A stretch of DNA of 64,000 bases from Ignavibacteriota bacterium. Lineage in GTDB: Bacteria; Bacteroidota; Ignavibacteria; UBA10030; UBA6906. The DNA is taken from the NCBI GenBank assembly GCA_963801355.1, contig CAWDEM010000008.1, positions 2,944,001-3,008,000 on the forward strand, in the 5' to 3' direction. Both the position numbers and the translations under genes were made by a program. The first letter of the stretch is position 1; each line of letters starts with the position of its first letter. The notes beneath the pieces were generated by a model that was not told the DNA's origin, searched no databases, and saw nothing but the letters and a program-made list of their open reading frames with translations. Of this stretch, positions 56,481 through 64,000 are shown in pieces.

Positions 56481-58167
56481 ACTGCCGCCGAATGTGGAGA
56501 GCGATGTTCCGGCTCCCTGTGCCTCCAGGGACGCAGTTCAGGTCGCTGTCATACGTCGAGTCGTCAAGGAACTCGGCAAGGTTCAACGACTCCAGAACAC
56601 CATGGACGGCAAAGGGCGGCCGCGCCTCGTTCAACGAGTCCAGATCTCCCTCCAGGTGTACCGTGGTAGGACCGATGGAAAATCCCAGAGTGCCGGTCAG
56701 CTTTTGACTGCGTGCGGACATCTGCAGTTGTGCGCGGCTGACAGGGTGGTGCCGGAATGTCGATGTGTCAAGAGAAGCGTTGACCATTGCATTCATCCGT
56801 GCGGGCTTGACGCCGTATCCATCCACCGCTATACGTCCATTCAGATTGCTCGCCAGCGCGGGATCCTCGAGGAGCCGGGCAAGATCCACGCCTTGCATGT
56901 GCACAGTGCCCCGGTACTGCAACGTGCGCGGTCCACCGATGCGCAGGGCAAACTCGTCCGTTCTCAGTTTGCCGGCGCTGCAGCTGGCGGTTAGTCGTGT
57001 CACAAAATCCAACGGCGTACCGCGGTATGCTCCCTGGAGGCTGACCGGACCCAGGGATGAAAAGTCGGGAAGATCAAATGACGGCAACAACCGTAAAGGG
57101 TCGGCGGGATCAATTTCGGTTTCGCCGATCTGGAGGTTGAGTGCGAGGTTTGATGGATTGTGGAGGTTGAGGACGGCGCCGTTCACCTGAATATGGCTTG
57201 AACCAAAATGCAGATCCAGCGGATTGACCTGGAGCGCACCGAATGGACCTTCCGCGTGCAGCGTTCCATCAACTGTCCCTTTGAGAAACGCCGTCTGGGA
57301 AATGATGCTTCCCAGCTCGTGGAAATTGAGCCGGTCAATGCTCAAATCGACATATGTCGGCACCTTTTCCATCTGCCCGAATTCCACTCCGCCCAAAATA
57401 TCGGCTCCCACAATGCCTGCCGTGAGTGCAAAACGCGAGCTGTCGGTGACCACTCTCATGTCCATCACCTCGACCGAGGATGGTGCGACATGGAATGTGC
57501 CGGTGAACTGGCGGATCCGGATGGGCGTCCGGGCTATGGTGCAGGTGAACCTGCTCAGCGCCGCTTCGTACGACGTGTCACGCATTTGAAACGAGAGCAC
57601 AACGTTCAAGTCCTGCACACGCAACCGGTTGTAGCGAACTGCATCGGGAGCCAGATCCCCCTCCGGTTCACGCATTCCCACTGAATCGGTAATACTGAAT
57701 GTGCCATCGCGCAGCTCGAAGTGTCCAACACTGACAGGCCAGTCGAACGCCCCCGCGGAGGTATCCTCCTCTGTCGGCCGTATCATCTCCTCGATATTCC
57801 ACAGCCCTGCCCCCGATCTCCGCAAGTGAATGACGGGATGGTACAAGGTGATGTCATGGACAGCTATGGATCTTGAGGGAAGCGCAAAGAGGTTGTACCG
57901 GATATTGAGCTGATCTGCGTGAACGATGGTATCGCCGCGCAACGAGAGGGTAATGCCGTGCACGTTGAAACCGGTAACGAGATTGCCGGTGATATCACCG
58001 AGGACGACATCGGCGGTGAGGAGTGAATCGAGTTGATCGAGAGCAACAGCGCGCAGCCGGTCGCGGAAAATCTGCGTCTGGCTGAAGCCGGCAAGAAGCA
58101 GGAAAAGGACAAGAATTCCCAGTATGCCGTACAGAATCACGCGCAGTATGTTTTTAAGGGCCTTCAT
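56413..58167 (-). CDS. TamB/AsmA-like protein, N-terminal part (before a frameshift)
   Basis: N-terminal membrane anchor, QTQIFRDRLR, beta-taco-like sequence; becomes non-homologous after YDSDLN at about 56535. Confidence 0.75.
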   Translation of the reverse strand: MKALKNILRVILYGILGILVLFLLLAGFSQTQIFRDRLRAVALDQLDSLLTADVVLGDITGNLVTGFNVHGITLSLRGDTIVHADQLNIRYNLFALPSRSIAVHDITLYHPVIHLRRSGAGLWNIEEMIRPTEEDTSAGAFDWPVSVGHFELRDGTFSITDSVGMREPEGDLAPDAVRYNRLRVQDLNVVLSFQMRDTSYEAALSRFTCTIARTPIRIRQFTGTFHVAPSSVEVMDMRVVTDSSRFALTAGIVGADILGGVEFGQMEKVPTYVDLSIDRLNFHELGSIISQTAFLKGTVDGTLHAEGPFGALQVNPLDLHFGSSHIQVNGAVLNLHNPSNLALNLQIGETEIDPADPLRLLPSFDLPDFSSLGPVSLQGAYRGTPLDFVTRLTASCSAGKLRTDEFALRIGGPRTLQYRGTVHMQGVDLARLLEDPALASNLNGRIAVDGYGVKPARMNAMVNASLDTSTFRHHPVSRAQLQMSARSQKLTGTLGFSIGPTTVHLEGDLDSLNEARPPFAVHGVLESLNLAEFLDDSTYDSDLNCVPGGTGSRNIALHIRRQCGRCILNLPVSRLSAVEREAAA

Positions 58168-58200
58168 TGCGAGGAGCGTTTCTCAGCGACGAAGCAATCT
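58163..58200. repeat. REP-like element TTCATTGCGAGGAGCG...CGACGAAGCAATCT
   Basis: Fills the rfaE2-tamB intergenic space and shares ends with the element at 24631. Confidence 0.7.
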
Positions 58201-58679
58201 CATCGCTTGTACTTCTCCAGCACCTTCTGTATCACCCCCGTTGTCGACCTTCCCTGCGTCAGGCGGATGCGCTGTACGCAGCCCCCATGTGCCTCCACGA
58301 TATCTTTGCCGACAATTGCATTCGCACTCCAGTCCGCACCCTTGACCAGGACGTCCGGGATGAGTGCGGCAATCAACCGCTGCGGTGTGTCATCTCCAAA
58401 CATGCATACGTAGTCAACGCAGCCGAGTGCTGAAAGCACCGCCGCCCGGTCCCTGTTCGGGTTGATCGGACGTTTGTCCCCCTTGATGCGCCGTATCGAC
58501 GCATCGGTGTTTAATCCGACCACCAGCACGTCCCCCATCCGGCGCGCGGCCTGGAGATACTCCACATGACCGCGGTGAAGAATATCAAATGTGCCGTTGG
58601 TAAACACGACCCGCTTCCCGGCGCGTTTCAACCGCCGGCGGATCCGGACCAGCGCGGCACGCCCGACTACTTGACCCAT
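58200..58679 (-). CDS. rfaE2: D-glycero-beta-D-manno-heptose 1-phosphate adenylyltransferase
   Basis: VVFTNGTFDILHRGHVEYL, GLNTDAS..R.KG..RP, PDVLVKGADW, STT. Confidence 0.95.
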   Translation of the reverse strand: MGQVVGRAALVRIRRRLKRAGKRVVFTNGTFDILHRGHVEYLQAARRMGDVLVVGLNTDASIRRIKGDKRPINPNRDRAAVLSALGCVDYVCMFGDDTPQRLIAALIPDVLVKGADWSANAIVGKDIVEAHGGCVQRIRLTQGRSTTGVIQKVLEKYKR

Positions 58680-59623
58680 TAGTGTGCTCCCGTTGTCGCA
58701 AGGTAGTGTGCTACGGCTTCACGCAATTCGTCCGGACGGATCGGCACAATGCCGATGGCGCCTACCACAACACTGCTCGCACAGTTGGCGAGTATACAGG
58801 CTTCCCGGATGTCCGCACCGCTTGCCAGCGCCATGGTCACCGTGGAGATCACCGTGTCGCCTGCGCCCGAGACATCCTGCACGTTTGCCGCCACTGACGG
58901 AAGGTGGAACACCTTCCCGTTCGCCTCGAAGAGTGACATCCCGTCTTCGCCGCGGGTCAGCAGCACATTTTCAGCCTCCAGTTTTTGGAGCAACAGCTTC
59001 CCGGCACGCTCAACATCCTCCACGCTCCGCAGCCGGCCTCCCAGCACTTCCTCTGCTTCGCGGCGGTTGGGTTTGAACACCGTGACCTGCTTGTAGTCCA
59101 GAAAATTGTCGAATTTCGGGTCAACCGTAATGATCTTGCGGTGTTGGCGCGCCAGCGCGATCACTTCGTGTATCAGTTCCTTCGACACAACCCCTTTATT
59201 GTAGTCTTCAATGATAATCCCGTCAAGCGAAGTAATTGCCTTGCGCACGACGTCAACCAACTGTTCCCGGAGCCGGGGGGAGCACGGAGATTTGGATTCA
59301 TTGTCGATCCGCACAACATGTTGCCCCTGTGCAATAACGCGTGTCTTCACGGTTGTCGGCCGCGAAGGATCCGTGATGAGTCCGCTGCCGTCGAAGCCCG
59401 CCTCGAGTACCAGATCTCGCAGGACCGTGCCGATATGATCATCCCCCACCATGCCGATCACAAGGGGGGAACCTCCCAGCGAATAGATATTGTTGGCGAC
59501 GTTTGCAGCGCCGCCGAGCCGGGTCGACTCGGATTCCACCTCCACAACCGGGACGGGCGCTTCGGGTGATACCCTCCGTACCGCCCCCCAGTAGTACCGG
59601 TCGAGCATAATGTCGCCCAGCAC
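58679..59623 (-). CDS. rfaE1: D-glycero-beta-D-manno-heptose 7-phosphate kinase (true start uncertain; reading frame extends to about 59698)
   Basis: GDIMLDRY..G...RVSPEAPVPV, GGAANVA, DYNKG, DVSGAGDTV (PfkB family). Confidence 0.93.
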   Translation of the reverse strand: MLGDIMLDRYYWGAVRRVSPEAPVPVVEVESESTRLGGAANVANNIYSLGGSPLVIGMVGDDHIGTVLRDLVLEAGFDGSGLITDPSRPTTVKTRVIAQGQHVVRIDNESKSPCSPRLREQLVDVVRKAITSLDGIIIEDYNKGVVSKELIHEVIALARQHRKIITVDPKFDNFLDYKQVTVFKPNRREAEEVLGGRLRSVEDVERAGKLLLQKLEAENVLLTRGEDGMSLFEANGKVFHLPSVAANVQDVSGAGDTVISTVTMALASGADIREACILANCASSVVVGAIGIVPIRPDELREAVAHYLATTGAH

Positions 59624-59706
59624 CGCAATCCGTTTGCCGGCAAAGCGGTCTACAAGAGCGTCAAAGTGTTGTTGTGATGGTCGTTGCGAGCTCTCACACT
59701 AAGATA

Positions 59707-59735
59707 AATATATGTACACCCCCCCCTATCCGCAA
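59707..59735 (-). promoter_or_regulatory. Sigma70-like promoter upstream of rfaE1
   Basis: Minus strand TTGCGG-17 nt-TATATT. Confidence 0.6.
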
Positions 59736-59745
59736 GGCGCCGAAC

Positions 59746-59809
59746 TGCCTCATTGAAAATCGAGACGAAATCGACTCGTTGCCTCAAATGGAAAATCGAG
59801 TCGAAAATC
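59746..59809. repeat. Two imperfect ~28-bp direct repeats with GAAA(A)TCGA subrepeats
   Basis: tgcctcattgaaaatcgagacgaaatc and tgcctcaaatggaaaatcgagtcgaaaatc. Confidence 0.6.
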
Positions 59810-60368
59810 ACTTCAGCATAGGTTTCAGCAACTTTACGAGCCGGTCCACGGTCAAACCCAGCCGCATCTGGTCTGCCTGGATCGTAATGTCGGCCCGCTC
59901 ATAGAGCGGTTCGCGCACCGCAAGAAGCTCGAGTATCCGCTTCCGCAGCTCTTCTTCATTCAGCCGTTCTCCGTCGGGACCCAGGATCATCGGACGGTCG
60001 GTCTTGTTCCGCAATCGGCGGACGATCTGCTCCACGGGCACTTTGATATAGACAAGGATCCCCGTGGACGTCACAACTGTCAGCGCTCCCTCGTCTGCAA
60101 GCGTCCCGCCTCCGAGAGAAACGATGATCCGGTCGCGGAGACTCAATTCCGTAACCGACTCCCGTTCCTTCCGGCGGAAATATGCTTCACCGTGATCCTG
60201 AAAAATCTTCCGGACGCTCTTCCCCTCCCGGGCCGCAACGGTGACGTCCAGATCTGCAAACTCGAACCCGAGCACGTTTGCCAGAATGGGTCCGATTGTG
60301 CTCTTGCCGCTGGTCATGAAGCCTGTGAGATAGATCCGGCGGTTGCGCTGGTGCAGTGGTACCGTCAT
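59808..60368 (-). CDS. aroK: Shikimate kinase
   Basis: IYLTGFMTSGKST, DLD, GEAYFRRKE, SLGGG, RP...REPLY. Confidence 0.95.
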   Translation of the reverse strand: MTVPLHQRNRRIYLTGFMTSGKSTIGPILANVLGFEFADLDVTVAAREGKSVRKIFQDHGEAYFRRKERESVTELSLRDRIIVSLGGGTLADEGALTVVTSTGILVYIKVPVEQIVRRLRNKTDRPMILGPDGERLNEEELRKRILELLAVREPLYERADITIQADQMRLGLTVDRLVKLLKPMLK

Positions 60369-60428
60369 GGCAGCACTTTCAGGCGTTCGACCAGGGATTG
60401 TGCGGAGGGCATTGCAGTGTCGGGGGGA

Positions 60429-61136
60429 TTAGAAACTCACGCCAAGTCCAACCTGGATCACCATGCCATCGGTGTGGATACTCGATTCCAATGGGCCGCT
60501 CGGGAGATTCACCAGAATGCCGTTGTATCTCACGTTCGCGGCCTGGAAGCGATTGGTGGCCTGGAACTGCGCGTCGCGGAATTTGATATCTGCTGAGACG
60601 GAGAACCATTCGTTGAAGGAGTACCCGACTCCCCCGAGCACATGAATGCCGTAGCCTGCGCGGGTTTCCATTGTGGGTGCCTCGACGCCGGCCATCGCAT
60701 AATGACGCTCACCGAAGTAGATCCCGATGCCGCCGCCCATAATGACGCTGAATGCGCCCGAGGTAACCGGAATCCGGAAGTAACCGGTGAGTTCAACGGG
60801 GATGACCCGGTAGTAGTCCTCCACTGGAATAACCCGTTGCGCGGATGTGACAATGTTGCGTCCGCCGCTGTTGCGGACAAGTTCCGAAGAGAGACCCAGT
60901 GAGATATTGCTGCCGGGGAAGCGGTACTGCAGTTCGGCGCCGATGCCGTAAAAATCCGAGAAGGAAAAGGACTGTGCGCGCGTCACAGGGTCGGCTGCAT
61001 GCGGATTGGGGAACAGCCGCCCCTGGGTATTTAACGATCCACGCGCAACAACGGTGAAGGTGCGTTCCTGCCCCGGGGAAGGGCTCGCCGAAGCCAGCAT
61101 GAGGGCAGCGGTGCACATCATGACAACGCCACGCAT
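60429..61136 (-). CDS. Small outer membrane beta-barrel protein (OmpW/OMP_b-brl-like)
   Basis: Signal peptide, amphipathic strands (IPVELTGYF, GGGIGIY, G.HVLGGVGY), C-terminal GLGVSF. Confidence 0.72.
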   Translation of the reverse strand: MRGVVMMCTAALMLASASPSPGQERTFTVVARGSLNTQGRLFPNPHAADPVTRAQSFSFSDFYGIGAELQYRFPGSNISLGLSSELVRNSGGRNIVTSAQRVIPVEDYYRVIPVELTGYFRIPVTSGAFSVIMGGGIGIYFGERHYAMAGVEAPTMETRAGYGIHVLGGVGYSFNEWFSVSADIKFRDAQFQATNRFQAANVRYNGILVNLPSGPLESSIHTDGMVIQVGLGVSF

Positions 61137-61166
61137 CGTCCCACCTCCCTTCCCGCAGGGACCGGA

Positions 61167-63302
61167 CTACCGGAAGAACCGGTCCCGGTTGTCCTCGATA
61201 TTACCCTTGTCTTTCAACATGGTCAGCCAATCAGACAGGAACCGGTTACGTTTTTCCTGAAGCAGGCGCGTCTTGAGTGCGTCATGTTCGGCACTGTACG
61301 CCACCGAATCAATCGGTGTCACACTCAGCACCTGAACAAGGAATGCACCCCGCTGATTCTGTACCGCCTGGGAAACCTGGCCCGGCTGCAAACCGGCCAC
61401 AGCGCCGAGGAAGAACGGATCCCGTCCGACACCCGGTACGTTCGCTCCCAGCGTGAATGCCGGAATCTCCTGCACAGTTACGGCCGGGTTGAATGTGGTT
61501 ACCTTTTTCAGGCTTTCGCCGGCTGCAAGTTTCTGACGGAGCTCTTCAGCAATGGCCTTGGCCCGCTCGATCTTCTTCTGACGCAGCGCCAGCGGACGTA
61601 CCTGGTCTTTCACTTCGTCAAACGGCCGCACGCCGGCATCCTTCGCCTCAGCCACCGCGACGACCACGGAGCCCGTCGGTGTAGTGTAGGGATCGCTCAC
61701 CGAACCCACCTTGTTGTCGAATGCCCACCTCACCACCTGCGGGAGCATGCCGATGCCGGGCACCACGGTGCTCTTTTCCTGTACCTGTGTCTCTTTTACT
61801 TCGAATCCCAGCTGCTGGGCTTCTTTGGCAAATTCCGTTTCCCGTGCGTTGTAGGCAAAGTCGCGCGCGCGGTCATAGAGATCATTCTTCGTCTGGCTGC
61901 TTGGTTCGATTTTCAGATCGATGTGCGCGAGCTTCAGTTCACGTGCGTCGCGAGCGTGGACCTTGATAATGTGCAAGCCGTACGGGGACCGGATCGGACC
62001 CACAACCTGTCCGGGCCTGGCAGCAAATGCGGCTTTTTCGAAATCCGGCACCATCCGCCCTTTGCCGAACCAGCCGAGATCCCCGCCGTTCTTTGCCGAG
62101 CCGGCATCTTTGGAATACTGCTGTGCGAGCGCGGCAAAATCCTTGCCCGCCTGGGCATCTTTCACAAGCGTGCGGGCCAATGCCTTTGTGGCTGTCGTAT
62201 CACTACCCGGGTCAAGCGAGAGAAGAATATGACTTGCGTGGATGAACTCTTCTTTTCCCTTCCGTGCGTCCAGCACCTTCAGAAGATGATAGCCGTCATT
62301 GTCCTGTAGCGGGCCGACAACTTCTCCCACCTGTGCAGCAAAGGCCGCCTTTTCGACCGCGGGGCTGAGTTCCCCGTGGCGGAAGAACGCGCCGCTGTCG
62401 GGTTTGTCGGCATACGTCGAGACCACCTGCAGGAAATCAACGCCTGACCGGGCCTTCTGTGCTGCGTCGTCGATATCCTCCTTACGCATGGCGGAGTCCG
62501 ACGCCGAAGGGCGTTCGATGAACTGCACGTAGCTCAGTTTGCGCATTGCTTCAACACGGTACTGATCGGGATTTTCGTCATAGTATGCGCGGACATCGGC
62601 GTCGCTGAGTTGAACAGCCGAATCCGGAACCATCTGGTTGGCATCGATCAGCGCGTAGAGCGCCGTGTATTTCTGGTTCTGGTCGAGGTAGCGCTGACGC
62701 ACCTCCCCTTCGTTCACGCGCACGGATGTCAGCAGCACGCTCTGAAGCTTTTCCTGCAACTTGCGCTGACGCAAATTCTGCTCATACTGCTTCAGCCACT
62801 TCGTCCCGAACTCCGGATCGGAGCCCTCGGGGTCGCGGATAAACTGATTGGGGTTGGCAAGGAACTGCTCGTACATGTCCCGGCGGAACGTCCCGGTCGA
62901 GTCGGTGAAATTCCGGCGGAGGTCCTCGGGAGGATTCTCGCCGCGCACCCAGTCCACCAGCTCCTGATCGGTCACCTTTATGCCCATCCGTTGCAGCTCT
63001 TCGTCCACCAGGCGTTGCGTGACAAGATTCTGCCAGACCTGTTCGCGGATTTGCGTCAATGCGTTTTCGTCGGGTTCGGTGCCGTTCTGGGCCTTCTGAT
63101 TGTCGGACGCCACTTTCACCATCTCGCTGAACTCTTTGTACGACACATCGTAGCCGTTGATCTTCCCGATCGTATCCGAACCGCCGCCGCGCATCCCCAT
63201 GTAGTCCATCCCCCACTCAAACACGATCGTGATGAGGAACGCGATCAACAAACCGAAGAGGATAACGGGCATGCTATCCCGCATCCGAGTCATGATAGGC
63301 AT
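61167..63302 (-). CDS. Membrane-anchored parvulin-type peptidylprolyl isomerase (PpiD/SurA-like)
   Basis: N-terminal TM plus SurA_N region; ASHILL, FAALAQQYSKD.GS...GGDLGWF...MVPDFE, SPYGLHIIKV. Confidence 0.9.
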   Translation of the reverse strand: MPIMTRMRDSMPVILFGLLIAFLITIVFEWGMDYMGMRGGGSDTIGKINGYDVSYKEFSEMVKVASDNQKAQNGTEPDENALTQIREQVWQNLVTQRLVDEELQRMGIKVTDQELVDWVRGENPPEDLRRNFTDSTGTFRRDMYEQFLANPNQFIRDPEGSDPEFGTKWLKQYEQNLRQRKLQEKLQSVLLTSVRVNEGEVRQRYLDQNQKYTALYALIDANQMVPDSAVQLSDADVRAYYDENPDQYRVEAMRKLSYVQFIERPSASDSAMRKEDIDDAAQKARSGVDFLQVVSTYADKPDSGAFFRHGELSPAVEKAAFAAQVGEVVGPLQDNDGYHLLKVLDARKGKEEFIHASHILLSLDPGSDTTATKALARTLVKDAQAGKDFAALAQQYSKDAGSAKNGGDLGWFGKGRMVPDFEKAAFAARPGQVVGPIRSPYGLHIIKVHARDARELKLAHIDLKIEPSSQTKNDLYDRARDFAYNARETEFAKEAQQLGFEVKETQVQEKSTVVPGIGMLPQVVRWAFDNKVGSVSDPYTTPTGSVVVAVAEAKDAGVRPFDEVKDQVRPLALRQKKIERAKAIAEELRQKLAAGESLKKVTTFNPAVTVQEIPAFTLGANVPGVGRDPFFLGAVAGLQPGQVSQAVQNQRGAFLVQVLSVTPIDSVAYSAEHDALKTRLLQEKRNRFLSDWLTMLKDKGNIEDNRDRFFR

Positions 63303-63390
63303 AGCTGTAAACCAACCTCCTTACCGGGGAAAAAGCGGAAAATGATGTTTAATAATATACCCGAATAACGCTGGAAAAGCAACGCATTTC

Positions 63391-63419
63391 TTGACTTTTC
63401 CACCACTTCAAGGTATATT
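63391..63419 (+). promoter_or_regulatory. Sigma70-like promoter of secD
   Basis: TTGACT-17 nt-TATATT. Confidence 0.7.
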
Positions 63420-63466
63420 TATGGGCTTTCCATAAGTCCCCGAATGGTTGACCCCGGAGGTGTGCA

Positions 63467-64000
63467 TTGAGCAAGTACAGATGGAAACTGCTGGTCATTG
63501 TAGCTACTGTTGGTCTTGCGCTCTACTTTCTGTACCCCACGTACAGGGACTACGAGCTTCACTCCCAGTTGAAAGGGCTTCACGGATCCGACAGCCTGCA
63601 GTTCGTCGAACAGAACGAGACCGAGCTCCGGGAAAACCGGGCGAAACGCATCAAGCTTGGCCTTGACCTGCAAGGCGGCATGCGCGTGGTGCTTGAGGTA
63701 AACGTCCTCAAACTCCTGGAAGACCTGGGAAAGAACAAGGACGAAGCATTCGCGAAGATCATGGCGGAAGTCCGTGAAGAAGTCAAGAAGACCGATGAAT
63801 CCCCCGTTATCCTCATGCGCCGCAAGTTTGAAGCGCAACAGATCAGGATGAGCCGGTACTACGGCAGCCTGCGCGACGACAACGACAAAGTCGCTTCAAT
63901 GCTGGAGGATGAATCCAAGAAGGCGATCGACCGCGCTATTGAAATCGTCGGCAACCGTGTCGACCAGTACGGCGTATCTGAGCCATCCATCCAGAAACTG
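63467..64000 (+). CDS. secD: Protein translocase subunit SecD (partial, runs off the window end)
   Basis: Not in the ORF track. TTG start after GGAGG; MSKYRWKLLVIV...IKLGLDLQGGMRVVLEV...NRVDQYGVSEPSIQ. Confidence 0.93.
   Translation, partial: MSKYRWKLLVIVATVGLALYFLYPTYRDYELHSQLKGLHGSDSLQFVEQNETELRENRAKRIKLGLDLQGGMRVVLEVNVLKLLEDLGKNKDEAFAKIMAEVREEVKKTDESPVILMRRKFEAQQIRMSRYYGSLRDDNDKVASMLEDESKKAIDRAIEIVGNRVDQYGVSEPSIQKL

Noticed and set aside
63448-63666. 72-aa Cys-rich ORF upstream of secD, or a secD frameshift
   Set aside because: secD reads continuously in another frame from TTG 63467 to the window end.

Overview
GC-rich (~60%) bacterial chromosome segment, most likely from the FCB group (Ignavibacteria-like). 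This is inferred from a Bacteroidota-type GlmU-related protein, a WD40-Omp85 protein, a T9SS-like C-terminal domain and a DUF4905-like gene. It is mostly housekeeping and metabolic: hpnCDE squalene genes, tRNA-Met(CAT)-tilS-hpt-ftsH operon, an M16 peptidase pair, an amino-sugar locus (FrlA-like permease, amidohydrolase, nagB, GlmU-like, PIG-L deacetylase, beta-propeller glycosidase, two GxGYxYP proteins), radA/rdgB, a four-gene TPAT/TRAP transporter, a low-GC higBA islet, a two-component system, WD40-Omp85, rnr, a frameshifted tamB-like gene, rfaE1/rfaE2, aroK, a PpiD-like PPIase and the start of secD. No CRISPR array, integrase, transposase or prophage was seen. The most unusual signals are: (1) three inverted arrays of degenerate 7-mers (GGCANNN then TGCCNNN) at convergent gene junctions, with all five convergent junctions carrying some repeat; (2) a GTCAT...ATCT REP-like family, one copy overlapping a stop codon and a start codon; (3) a 514-aa 'hypothetical' protein carrying class II aldolase metal-binding motifs; (4) two apparent single-base lesions (tamB, rfaE1 start). 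All calls come from manual motif recognition; no database search was run.
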